A stretch of 64,000 nucleotides of DNA from the NCBI GenBank assembly GCA_964016885.1, contig OZ024741.1:274908001-274972000 (forward strand). The letters are read 5' to 3'. Each line of letters opens with the position of its first letter. The stretch's first letter is position 1. Shown here one piece after another: positions 13,909 through 26,441 of this stretch. The notes beneath the pieces are model-generated. The model did not search any database. It was not told the origin of the DNA and was given only the letters and a program-made list of their open reading frames with translations. A program made the position numbers and the translations under genes. This DNA comes from Eledone cirrhosa. Its lineage: Eukaryota.

Positions 13909-14301
13909 CTGTACGTTTGGACATACAAATACGAAAAAGAACTGCGCAGTATATATTGAGATGTCTCGCTGTTGTGACAATTGACAAACAGTGGATGATG
14001 AAAATGTATGTATTCACACATTCATGTGTACACATGTGTGTGTAGTTTTCAGTACATGTGTGTGCCTACGTAGATGGCAGTATGACTACAGAATATTTTC
14101 TTTTTGGCGACTTAACACCACCACTCAGGTGCAAGTAGCTTTTTTAATTATATTAGTTACAACCATTTTATTTACAATATATATTGTGGCATATAAAATA
14201 TATTTCCAGTTTCGTGATCTGCGGGTATACGCGAAACTCAGAGTCACAGCAGAGAGTGATTTCAGTCTTATAGTAAATGTATATATACATATGTACCTGC
14301 A

Positions 14302-14336
<35 letters not shown>

Positions 14337-14347
14337 ATATGTATATA

Positions 14348-14563
14348 TGGTTTCTTATATAGGCACAAGGCCTGCAATTTTTGGGGAGGGGAAAGTCGAT
14401 TAAATCGACCCCAGTGCGTGACTGGTACTTTAAGTTATCGAGCGCGTAAGGATGAAAAGCAAAGTTAACCTCGGCGGGATTTGAACTCAGATCGTAAAGG
14501 GCCGTAACTCTATGCTGCAAAGCATGGCGTCCGAACCTCTACCGATACTGCCAATCCACCGCC
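14348..14563 (-). mobile_element. SINE (same family as 2978-3162)
   Basis: Reverse complement of head, B-box and body. Confidence 0.85.
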
Positions 14564-14897
14564 TATATCTATATATGTCACTTTGATATAAAACCTGCGA
14601 CTCCGTATACATCCAATGTACATCAATCACAGGCATCGCTTGATATGTGACATTTTTTGCGATGCATGCTATTGTTGGCCGTAAGCAAGTCCCTAGCATG
14701 ACTAAAAAGCCACGTCCATGATGCTCAAGCGATGGTATTACTCGAAATCGAGCCATCATGTATGTATGTATGTATGTATGTATGTATGTATGTATGTATG
14801 TGTGTATGTATGTATACTCTCATACATACATACAAAAGTACATTTGGATACACACAAACATATGTGTATATAAATCACTCACATATGTGTGTGTGTG

Positions 14898-14935
<38 letters not shown>

Positions 14936-14939
14936 CGCT

Positions 14940-15030
<91 letters not shown>

Positions 15031-15173
15031 GTGTATATGTATATATATATATATATATATACGTGTGTGTATATAAATTACACCCAGGGATGGTGTGTAT
15101 AACGATGTGATGTAATCCAACAATTTGAAACATCCAGACACATTTGTTTTAAACAGTTTGACAGGAGATTTAC

Positions 15174-15424
<251 letters not shown>

Positions 15425-15958
15425 GAGCCTTTCGTCGGCGGGGTACCCTCGCCCTCATGAAATATGGCACATGTCTCAGACGATTTAAACCTGGCGGGGC
15501 CCATCCCCTCTCCATATCCGAACACATCCTATTTCTGCAAAGACTCTAAGAGAGCGAGACAGACAGACAGACGTACAGATCGACTGAAAGAATGGAACAC
15601 CCCAGTATGTGATTGGTACTTTATTTATCGACCTCAAAAGAATGAGAAGTAAAGCTAACCAGGGCAGTGTGCAGTGAACCGGACCCAATATATTTAAATC
15701 GATACATTAACGATCATACCAAATCGCCGCCATGTATTGTAGGTTTTCATTTAACGGAAATTTAACTGTTATTTTTAGCTTATTGAAAAGATCACTTTGA
15801 GGCTCGTTTGATGATGTTGGTTATGTTGATGATGATGGATATGTTGTCGGTGATGGTGATGATGAAGGTGATGCTGCTGATGATGATAATAGTCGTGTTG
15901 TTGTTTTTGTTGTTGCTGTAGTTGTTATGACAGAGGTGTTAGGGGTGGTTGAATACAT

Positions 15959-16020
<62 letters not shown>

Positions 16021-16021
<1 letters not shown>

Positions 16022-16437
16022 ATAGGAACGAGTAGGACCCCGACGGCTGAGCTCAAGCCGTTTCGACGGCTAATTCTGGACTAAATGAAAATTTTTATCC
16101 TGGTAAATGAATAGCCGAGCTTCTCAGGGGGTAATATTCCATATATGGTAAAAGTGATTGTCACAAAATGCCATGATAGAATTATGTGTCTCAACAACAA
16201 ACTTTTGACCAATCCTTGTGACAATCACTTTTACCATATATGGAATATTACCCCCTGAGAAGCTCGGCTATTCATTTACCAGGATAAAAATGTTCATTTA
16301 GTCCAGAATTAGCCGTCGAAACGGCTTGAGCTCAGCCGTCGGGGTCCTACTCGTTCTTATTACCCACTCTACTACCCTAAGTATTGAGTACTTTGGTGCG
16401 TTATGGTCCATCTGGTTCCTTACCACATTTCCTTCGT

Positions 16438-16439
<2 letters not shown>
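16021..16439 (+). mobile_element. Family A fold-back insert, ~145-bp inverted arms, 50-bp spacer, 80-bp tail
   Basis: 16021-16166 is the reverse complement of ~16217-16360; flanked by (TA)n. Confidence 0.85.
16250..16345 (+). ncRNA. Hammerhead-like ribozyme with non-canonical core CUGAGAA (mirror copy 16037-16132, minus)
   Basis: ACCCC-CTGAGAA-..CGGCTATTC/GAATTAGCCG..-GAAA-CGGCT/TGAGCTC/AGCCG-TC-GGGGT; stems I and III perfect, GUC triplet. Confidence 0.65.
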
Positions 16440-16470
<31 letters not shown>

Positions 16471-16485
16471 GTGTGTATATATATA

Positions 16486-16535
<50 letters not shown>

Positions 16536-17204
16536 TATATATATATATTTATATATATATACATATATATATATGTATGTATATATGTATGTATGTAAGT
16601 ATATATTTATATGTGTGTGTAGTAAATCTCATTAATAAATCAATGATGATTCCAGCGCATCATCCACCACTCCCACATATTTTGTAATTAACACTTAATG
16701 TACAAAATGTTTCTGATTAGGTAGAGCAGATGTTAGAGACAGAGAGAAAGAGGGGGAAGAGAGAGAGGAGGGGGGGATAAAGAAAGACATAAAGGGACAA
16801 CGAGTGAGAGAAAGAAAGAAAGAGAAAAAAGAGCAAATCACCTTTCCTTAATTGGAAAACATTTCCCGAACTGTCTCCAATTTCACAAACAGTTCAATAA
16901 AAATAAAATGAGCCACAGATGCAGGAAAACATGCCTGATGCTTGGAAGAGTCGCAGACAGCCAATAGGGGATAATGAATACCTTAAACCCATCCTCATTT
17001 ATAAAAAAAAAAAAACATTTCAACCCTCTTCAGTTTTGAAAGGAAATGCTCCCACCTTGGAGTTCGAAAGCAGTATTGTTCCGCCTTGCCAAATATTTCT
17101 CAAAGCACCTGATCGAACACAGAGCAAAAGAAGTTGAAGTGCAATTAGAGAAACATAGAGCTTTACCTCCAAAAAGGTGAATGCCTACCTACAGAAAATC
17201 ATTG

Positions 17205-17415
17205 GATTGGCAGAGTCTGTAGAGCGTCAGACAATATGCTTTGTGGCATAGAGTTGCGGCCCTTTATGCTCTGAGTTCAAATCCCGCCGAGGTTAACTTT
17301 GCCTTTTATCCTTACGGGGTTGATAAAATAAAGTACCAGTCACGCACTGGGGTCGTTTTAATTGACGTTCCCCTCCCCCAAAATTGCTGGCCTTGTGCCT
17401 ATATCAGAAACCATT
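17205..17415 (+). mobile_element. SINE copy
   Basis: GAGTTCAAATCCCGCCGAGGTTAACTTTGCC..GATAAAATAAAGTACCAGT. Confidence 0.85.
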
Positions 17416-17801
17416 TTATACAATGCACAGTGCTAGCTAACGTCTCCAGCAACAAGCTGCATAAGGCTGACAGTATATTATAATATAGGCCTTGAAAGGT
17501 CAACTACAACTGCCCGAACTGTTATCACCACATGGAAAAAACTACAGCACTTTCAAAGTACATTTGGAAATTGAGAGAAGAAAAATGGAGAAACTACCAA
17601 ATACTAATGGACACGGCATTTAGAAATGCTACTTCCATCTTACAGAAAAACTCTACATCATCCACCGCTCTAGTTATAACTAGAACAATGAAATAATTGA
17701 CCAACCCAAAAAAACGGTCTAGTGTTTTGTGGTCAATGTTTATCTCACATAATTTGACATACACATAGGTACACACGAACGCATGCACACACACACACAT
17801 A

Positions 17802-17909
<108 letters not shown>

Positions 17910-18389
17910 TATATATATGAATGGACTGACAGCTAGCGCCACCCCACTCCTTCATTCGGCCGCTGACCTCTGCCCGACCGACCCCATTTCACGCGCACGC
18001 GCGCTCTGCCGAATACCTCAGATATTCAAAACAACAAACAGCGGAGGACGCGTTTCGCACCTGTCCGACAGACAACCTTTACCCCGGGAAAAAAACCCCA
18101 GTTGATGGATGTGAATCCGAAATATATAGGGACTATTAAATCTCTCCCAAAGTAACTCTCTCTTGTGTTGTTATTTTTATTTTATCCTTTATACTCTTCC
18201 CTTCTTTCTTCAACACATTTACACATCTTATACACACCACGCATCTCAACGTACACCCACTTACATCTCTCTCTCCACCACCGGATCTTGTTACCCGGAG
18301 ATTTACCCATTTGCATTGTCGAGGCTTCCAAACGACTTAAAGATATTTACTTATTATTCCACAATGCTTCAAGCAAACTTCAATACTCT

Positions 18390-18557
<168 letters not shown>

Positions 18558-18711
18558 AAATTGGATTTCGCTTCAAGCATAGCTTTATACGATATGTATA
18601 AATATTTCGTATCTCCAAAGAAATTCGGTTTTAGGAAGCCGTAGCTATGCAAACACCGGGGGGGGGGGGGCTAACGCCCTCTGGTGATGTCCAGCAGAAG
18701 CAAGGGGGACA

Positions 18712-18755
18712 ACCGTCTATGCATTTCAGGCTTAACTGGCCTTCGTCAGGACGGT
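18712..18755 (-). ncRNA. Minimal type I hammerhead ribozyme
   Basis: ACCGTC-CTGACGA-AGGC/CAGTTAA/GCCT-GAAA-TGCA-TA-GACGGT: canonical core, 6-bp stem I, palindromic ATGCAT stem III. Confidence 0.9.
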
Positions 18756-18995
18756 CCCTCCCACCGCTTGCGACTGCTGGACTAGAAGACAGGCGAGAAT
18801 ATATACTTTTCTCGTCTGTGTAAACATATCGTATAAAGCTATGCTTGAAGCGAAATCCTATTTCTTTTTTATTATAAGTTGAGCCAACTTATGCAGCTTC
18901 ATATGCAAATGAGATTAATCACCTCATTTACACAGACGAGAAAAGTATACATTCTCGCCTGTCTTCTAGTCCACCAGTCGCAAGCGGTGGGAGGG

Positions 18996-19039
18996 ACCGA
19001 ACTGACGAAGGCCAGTTAAGCCTGAAATGCATAGACGGT
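18996..19039 (+). ncRNA. Minimal type I hammerhead ribozyme (stem I has 2 mismatches)
   Basis: ACCGAA-CTGACGA-AGGC/CAGTTAA/GCCT-GAAA-TGCA-TA-GACGGT. Confidence 0.8.
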
Positions 19040-19178
19040 TGTCCCCCTTGCTTCTGTTGGACATCACCAGAGGGCGTTAACCCCCCCCCCCCCCCGGTGT
19101 TTGCATAGCTACGGCTTTCTAAAACCGTATTTCTTTGGAGATACGAAATATTTATATATATATATATATATATATATA

Positions 19179-20366
19179 CAGGGTGGGGCATAAGTCAGGA
19201 AGCAAAATTTTGAAATTTTATTTCTAAAAGTGTTTTAAGTATATCATTAATCTCTTATTTTCAGGTTAAAACATTAGTCTATGTAAACATATTGGACTTT
19301 GTTTCCATTTCTTAAAGAATTTGAAAATGTCATCCAATAGAGAAATGATACTAAAACTTTATTGCGCAGGCAGATCAGATTCGGATTTTGCAAAGAGCTA
19401 CTGTTTGGAAAGCTGTGAAACTTTTTAAAGAGCAAGGAGATGTGTCGGATAGACTGAGAAGTGGAAGACCGCGAACTAAATGGAATCCTATTCTCATTAA
19501 AGCCGTTCGAGAAAGGATAAGAAGAAATCTAAAAAGATCTATGAGAAAAATCGCAAAAGATGTCCAATTAAGCCCTAGGACAATGAGAAGGACCCTCAAT
19601 CATGACTTGGGAACGTCTTCCTTCACCTTCAGAAGAGACAAAACATAACGGGCTAGAGGGAAGCAAGAATTTGCTTAAAGAAATGAAACGTGACATAGTG
19701 AAGAAATGATCGAGTCTTTGAAAAAAAACCCATCAGCAATCAGTTTTGACCAACAAATCTGTATTCCATATAATAAAACCAGCTTCTGTTATGGTCTAGA
19801 GGGCTGTTTCATCATCTTGGAAGTACACTCTCCTTTTTGTGGAAGAAAGGACAAAAGTCAGCTCCCAATCTTACATAAACGGTATACTGGAACCTATGCT
19901 GGCTTCTGCAACTAATAACTTCGGCAATGATTGTCTGGGGACCTTCCAACAGGATGATCTACCTCCCATACAGGAAATGTCACACAGGCTTGGTGCAGAG
20001 ACCATCTTCCGAGGTTCTGGTCAAAAGAAATGGGGCCTTCTTGTTCACCTGATTTAAACTTTTCAGTATGGTCTATCCTTGAAGAAAAAGGCTGTACAAA
20101 AGTCCATAAGAGAGTCAATGATTTAAAGGAATCTTTACTGGGCGCTTGGAAAGGAATTCCCCAAGAAATGTTGCGTGCTTTGACGAAAGATGTTCGACGG
20201 AGGTTAGAGGCTGTTATTGCTGCATTAGGGGGTCATTTTAAATAAACGCTATATATTATATCCTACAGATATTTATGTATAATTACATATATGTTGCTGG
20301 TCAATAAAGTTAATAGTTTTATTCTTAAAAGCAATTTTATTTGCTTCCAAACTTATGCCCACACTG
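19179..20366 (+). mobile_element. Tc1/mariner (maT-like) transposon, decayed, both TIRs present
   Basis: TIRs CAGGGTGGGGCATAAGT..GGAAGCAAA / TTTGCTTCCAAACTTATGCCCACACTG; RSGRPR HTH, FQQD, SPDLN.FSVWSILE. Confidence 0.85.
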
Positions 20367-20909
20367 TGTATATATATTCCCAGACAACGCAAATATATAT
20401 GTTTGAATGTGTGTTTGAATGTGTGTGTGTGTACGAGGTGTACGAGTATATATATGTGTGTGTGTGTGTGTGTGTGAGTGTGTATATCTGTACAAGAATC
20501 AATACTACTTAATTCAATTCTGATTTAAAAGCTTTGAAGTAGTCGATCAAACGTTCGAATATTGGAAGAAATCTCCATTTCTCATTTGTTCGAATCTGTT
20601 TTACCGTTCTCTCCCCCCCCCTCTCTCTCTCTCACTCCTTTTCGACTTCTCTCTCTCTCTTTCTTTAACTCTATCTCGTCAAGCAGAGTAACATAAACCG
20701 GGTATGTATGTATGTATGTATGTTTGTATGTATGTATATATGTATGCATTATTTTTGCATGTATGTATATATATATGTATGCATTATGTTTGCATGTATG
20801 TATGTATGTATGTGTGTGTAGTAGTAAGTCCTGATGGAGTTTGGAGCATTTTTAAAACCTACCTGATAACATTCATCTCCAGGTCTGAATGAGAGAACTG
20901 AAAGTACTA

Positions 20910-21160
20910 AAGTGGTACTTTATTTATCGACCTCGAAAGAAAGACAGAGAACTGGAACGAATACCACAAAGCATTCTATCCGATGTTCTATCCATGAATA
21001 TATGGTATGGTATGGTATGATACAGAGGCGGCCAATTGGCAGAGTCGTTAGAACGTCGGATAGAATGCTTTGCAGTATTCGTTTCACCTGAGTTCAAATC
21101 CCGCTGAGGTCAACTTTGCCTTTCATCCTTTCGAGGTCGATAGGTACCGGTCAAGTTCTG
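20910..21160. mobile_element. Two SINE copies in opposite orientation
   Basis: Degenerate minus copy ~20910-20990; plus copy 21025-21160. Confidence 0.65.
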
Positions 21161-21482
21161 GTATTGGCCTTCCTCTATATCTCTTTCTCACTTCCATTCT
21201 CTCACTTTCTCTATCCTTCTTTGGAAGAAATCTGCTGTGTTTAAACCTGGAGAGGATTAGGCTTCGGCAGGTTTAAAAGTTGTCCTAGAAACACCGTATA
21301 TAAATACGGCGACCCTACCACTCCCTCGGGAGTTGCCGGACCATGCATGACATGATATGGTATGATTTCGTACATTCTGACGGAGTATTGGGGGCATCGT
21401 ATTGGCATACGATGCACGCAGGCACACACAAGTCTCTCCACATACTCCTCTCCCACAATATATATATATATATATATATATA

Positions 21483-21651
21483 TGGGAAAATGTTCAAGAC
21501 CCAGACGGCAGAGCTCAAGCTATAGTTCAGAAATAGCCGTCGAAACGGCTTGAGCTCTGCCGTCGGGGTCTAGTACATTTACCTATTACCCACTCTACTA
21601 CCCAAAGTATCGAGTACTCTGGTGCGTTATGGTCCACCTGGTTCCTTACCG
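21483..21651 (+). mobile_element. Family A fold-back fragment
   Basis: Short inverted arm, then TAGCCGTCGAAACGGCTTGAGCTCTGCCGTCGGGGTC and tail. Confidence 0.75.
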
Positions 21652-21656
21652 TAGGG

Positions 21657-21692
21657 TCTTAACGTTTCAGACGCTAGTTCTTCATCAGAAGA
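21657..21692 (-). ncRNA. Minimal hammerhead ribozyme
   Basis: Mirror of 23441-23476. Confidence 0.75.
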
Positions 21693-21938
21693 AAGAATTA
21701 GAAAGATTGAAGAGACGGAAAAAATATTTTTAGAGAAAAATAACAGGTCCATTCTTGTTGCCATATCTTCTATATATATATATATATATATATAAGATAA
21801 GACAGTTCTGCCGTCGGGGTCTAGAACATTTACCTATTACCAACTCTAATATCCAAAGTATCGAGTACTCTAGTGCGTTATAGTCCACCTGGTTCCTTAC
21901 CACACTTCCTTCGTTATATATATATATATATATATAAA

Positions 21939-22138
21939 CGGTTGTCGGCTGAAAGGTTCATAGGCTGACCAAGATACTCTCATGAAATTACCAAATCAGG
22001 TTTATTCTTCAACATAGTCCCTGAAAAAAAAAAAACAATGCAGATTTTAATAAGAAGTATTGAAATTAATGCATGCAAGATTTCACATCCCTAGGATCAA
22101 TCTTTTATAGTCAGCCTGTGAACTTTTCAGCCGAGCTG
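21939..22138. mobile_element. Mariner-type MITE (partial inverted copy at 22543-22706)
   Basis: TIRs TCGGCTGAAAGGTTCATAGGCTGAC / GTCAGCCTGTGAACTTTTCAGCCGA within TA repeats. Confidence 0.7.
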
Positions 22139-22703
22139 TATATATATATATATATATGAAAAACAAGGGGAAGAAGAATACTGCATGGTTGCACATGGAT
22201 TACATATTATAAAATTAGTCCCTCATCAGTGATTTTGCCAACCATCATTGGTATTTCATCGCATTAAAAATCAGATACCTCAGGTTGGTGCGAGCAATAA
22301 CTAAAATAAGCTATTGGGACAAGTGAAACGCGTAAAGCGAGTGAGACAAGTAAACAACAGAAGGAAAAGCAAACCGAAGGTTGGAAAACAGCAAGCCACA
22401 TGATAGTTATCGGATCAGCATAATCTGGGTGAATTTCATGAGCGGTCAGAGAAGCAGACCGTACGCCGTGAGTGCGGTGTGAGAAAGAAGGAACCCCACT
22501 ACTAGCGAACGGGAGGAAGTGAGGATATATATGTATATATAAATTGATGCCTGGGATGTGAAATCTTGCATGCATTAATTTCAATACTTCTTATTAAAAT
22601 CTGCATTGTTTTTTTTTTCCAGGGACTATGTTGAAGAATAAACCTGATTTGGTAATTTCATGAGAGTATCTTGGTCAGCCTATCAACCTTTCAGCCGACA
22701 CCC

Positions 22704-22764
<61 letters not shown>

Positions 22765-22770
<6 letters not shown>

Positions 22771-23100
22771 AAAAAAGATGAAATCGAAAATGCAACTGGA
22801 GTCTTATTTTTTAAAATATATATATATTTATTTGGTTCCTTTACCGGTTTCGCAGTTCTTCTGCTTTTCAAAAGTAGAGTTGAGATGGAGGGTCTGTGGT
22901 TTTTCTCACCCACAGACCCTCCATCTCAACTCTACTTTTGAAAAGCAGAAGAACTGCGAAACCGGTAAAGGAACCAGATAAATATATATATATTTTTTTA
23001 AATAAGACTCCAGTTGCATTTTCGATTTCATCTTTTTTTCTTTATACTTTCACTCGTGTAGGACACCTCGGTTATTTTTCATTTTGTAAAATAACCTCAC

Positions 23101-23106
<6 letters not shown>
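22765..23106 (+). mobile_element. Fold-back Penelope-type insert with ~125-bp arms and 60-bp tail
   Basis: 22765-22889 inverts 22900-23045; flanked by (TA)n. Confidence 0.85.
22935..22970 (+). ncRNA. Minimal hammerhead, U3-A8 variant (mirror 22839-22874, minus)
   Basis: CTT-TTGAAAA-GCAG/AAGAA/CTGC-GAAA-CCGG-TA-AAG. Confidence 0.7.
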
Positions 23107-23150
<44 letters not shown>

Positions 23151-23284
23151 CGAAGGAAGTGTGGTAAGGAACCAGGTGCACCATAACGCACTAGAGTACT
23201 CGATACTTTGGATAGTAGAGTGGGTAATAGGTAAATGTTCTAGACCCCGACGGCAGAACCGTCTTATCTTATATATATATATAT

Positions 23285-23360
<76 letters not shown>

Positions 23361-23440
23361 ATATGGCAACAAGAATGGACCTGTTATTTTCTCTAAAAAC
23401 ATTTTTTCCGTCTCTTCAATCTTTCTAATTTCTCATTCTT

Positions 23441-23476
23441 TCTTCTGATGAAGAACTAGCGTCTGAAACGTTAAGA
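23441..23476 (+). ncRNA. Minimal hammerhead ribozyme
   Basis: TCTT-CTGATGA-AGA/ACTAGCG/TCT-GAAA-CG-TT-AAGA; palindromic AACGTT. Confidence 0.75.
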
Positions 23477-23710
23477 CCCTCTTCCTGCTATTTCAAGCGT
23501 TAACCTAATATATCCCTTCCATATACTGAACCGATTGTGTTGTTATTTCTGTTTATCTTTTACCTACATATATATGTATGTAAACAAACATACACATAAT
23601 ACATACACACACACACACATACATATATATATATTCACTATCCAGTGAATTTCCAACCGATAAGGTATGATTTTCATGGGTATGTCTCTATTTATAAAAC
23701 AAACTTTGTA

Positions 23711-23771
23711 TTTTATCTGATGAAAGCGTACCAATGTTGTCTTGGTTACCCTTGAAATATATATAATAAAA
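23711..23771 (+). ncRNA. Type I hammerhead ribozyme (same family as 11167)
   Basis: TTTTAT-CTGATGA-AAG..ACCAA/TTGGT..CTT-GAAA-TATATA-TA-ATAAAA; downstream AAATATGGTTTTATAAATATA shared with the 11.2-kb copy. Confidence 0.75.
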
Positions 23772-23812
23772 TAAATATGGTTTTATAAATATAGTTTCCA
23801 TTTATTTAATAT

Positions 23813-23866
<54 letters not shown>

Positions 23867-23961
23867 TATTCAAGTAAAGAAACGTTAGCTGATCAAGTAA
23901 TCTACCTGCGTCTATAAATTTAACGTTTACAATTATTTTACTAATCGTTTCATATATATTA

Positions 23962-24139
23962 ATTGTTTCTACTTTTAGGCACAAGGCCAGCAATTATCCC
24001 AGTGTATTACTGGTACTTTATTTTATCGACCTCTGTTTGGATGAAAGGCAAAGTTAACCTCGGCGGGATTTGAACTCTGATCGTAAAGGGACGTAACTAT
24101 GATGGAAAACATGTCCGATCCTGTATCGATACTGCCAAT
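23962..24139 (-). mobile_element. SINE copy
   Basis: Reverse complement of the family. Confidence 0.85.
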
Positions 24140-24184
24140 GAAGAGGGGTGGCTCTTTCAGGACTAAATTACTCAAATATCTTTA

Positions 24185-26385
24185 AGGTGATGCCCCAAAA
24201 TGGCTGCTGTGAATTGACTGAAACCGGTAAAATAGGGCGGTACCCCAGCATGGCCACAGTCTATTGACTGGAACCAGTAAAAGAAGGTGGTGCCCCAGCA
24301 TGGCCACAGTCAAATGGCTGAAACCAGTAAAAGAATGCTGTGCCCCAGCATGGCCGCAGTCTAATGACTGAAAATGGTAATAGAAGGGAGTACCCCAGCA
24401 TGGCCACAGTCTAATGACAGAAACCAGTAAAAGAAGCAATGTTCCAGAATGGCCACAGTCTAATGACTGAAACCAGTAAAAGAATACAAGTGCTACAACA
24501 TGGCCGCAGTCTAATGACTGGAGCTGGTAAAAGAAGGCAGTGCTCCAGCATGGCCACAGTCTAATGACTGAAACTGGTAATAGAAGGCAGTGCCCCAGCA
24601 TGGCCGCAGTCTAATGACTGAAACTGGTGAAAGAAGACAGTGCTCTAGCATGGCCACAGTCTATAGACTGGAACTGGTAGTAGAAGGCTGTACCCCAGCA
24701 TGGCCACAGTCTATAGACTGGAGCTGGTAGTAGAAGGCTGTACCCCAGCATGGCCACACTATATAGACTGGAGCTGGTAGTAGAAGGTTGTACCCCAGCA
24801 TGGCCACAGTCTATAGACTGGAGCTGGTAATAGAAGGCAGTGCCCCAGCATGGCCACAATCTATAGACTGGAGCTGGTAATAGAAGGCTGTACCCCAGCA
24901 TGGCCATAGTCTATAGACTGGAGCTGGTAATAGAAGGCAGTACCCCAGCATGGCCACAGTCTATAGACTGGAGCTGGTAATAGAAGGCTGTACCCCAGCA
25001 TGGCCACAGTCTATAGACTGGAGCTGGTAATAGAAGGCTGTACCCCAGCATGGCCACAGTCTATAGACTGGAGCTGGTAATAGAAGGCTGTACCCCAGCA
25101 TGGCCACAGTCTATAGACTGGAGCTGGTAATAGAAGGCTGTACCCCAGCATGGCCACAGTCTATAGACTGGAGCTGGTAATAGAAGGCTGTACCCCAGCA
25201 TGGCCACAGTCTATAGACTGGAGCTGGTAGTAGAAGGCTGTACCCCAGCATGGCCACAGTCTATAGACTGGAGCTGGTAATAGAAGGCAGTACCCCAGCA
25301 TGGCCACAGTCTATAGACTGGAGCTGGTAATAGAAGGCTGTACCCCAGCATGGCCACAGTCTATAGACTGGAGCTGGTAATAGAAGGCTGTACCCCAGCA
25401 TGGCCACAGTCTATAGACTGGAGCTGGTAATAGAAGGCTGTACCCCAGCATGGCCACAGTCTATAGACTGGAGCTGGTAATAGAAGGCTGTACCCCAGCA
25501 TGGCCACAGTCTATAGACTGGAGCTGGTAGTAGAAGGCTGTACCCCAGCATGGCCGCAGTCTATAGACTGGAGCTGGTAATAGAAGGCAGTACCCCAGCA
25601 TGGCCACAGTCTATAGACTGGAGCTGGTAATAGAAGGCTGTACCCCAGCATGGCCACAGTCTATAGACTGGAGCTGGTAATAGAAGGCTGTACCCCAGCA
25701 TGGCCACAGTCTATAGACTGGAGCTGGTAATAGAAGGCTGTACCCCAGCATGGCCACAGTCTATAGACTGGAGCTGGTAGTAGAAGGCTGTACCCCAGCA
25801 TGGCCGCAGTCTATAGACTGGAGCTGGTAATAGAAGGCAGTACCCCAGCATGGCCACAGTCTATAGACTGGAGCTGGTAATAGAAGGCTGTACCCCAGCA
25901 TGGCCACAGTCTATAGACTGGAGCTGGTAATAGAAGGCTGTACCCCAGCATGGCCACAGTCTATAGACTGGAGCTGGTAATAGAAGGCTGTACCCCAGCA
26001 TGGCCACAGTCTATAGACTGGAGCTGGTAATAGAAGGCTGTACCCCAGCATGGCCACAGTCTATAGACTGGAGCTGGTAATAGAAGGCTGTACCCCAGCA
26101 TGGCCACAGTCTATAGACTGGAGCTGGTAATAGAAGGCTGTACCCCAGCATGGCCACAGTCTATAGACTGGAGCTGGTAATAGAAGGCTGTACCCCAGCA
26201 TGGCCACAGTCTATAGACTGGAGCTGGTAATAGAAGGCTGTACCCCAGCATGGCCACAGTCTATAGACTGGAGCTGGTAGTAGAAGGCTGTACCCCAGCA
26301 TGGCCACAGTCTATAGACTGGAGCTGGTAGTAGAAGGCTGTACCCCAGCATGGCCACAGTCTATAGACTGGAGTTGGTAGTAGAA
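24185..26385 (+). repeat. 50-bp tandem satellite, ~44 units
   Basis: Unit TACCCCAGCATGGCCACAGTCTATAGACTGGAGCTGGTAATAGAAGGCTG. Confidence 0.97.
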
Positions 26386-26441
26386 TGAAAGAATCTTTAT
26401 AATAGTAACAAACTGAGCTGTAAAAACGAAAAGGGAGAGAG

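Noticed and set aside
14205-14250. GCG/CGC-GAAA-CTCAGAG-TC half hammerhead
   Set aside because: The 3' half is plausible, but the CUGANGA core and stem I are absent; at most a remnant
22165-22235. Minus-strand CTGATGA near (TA)n
   Set aside because: No GAAA in register and no stem I
24185-26385. CRISPR-like array (regular repeats with internal palindrome)
   Set aside because: No unique spacers and no cas genes; contiguous 50-bp tandem units in eukaryotic DNA
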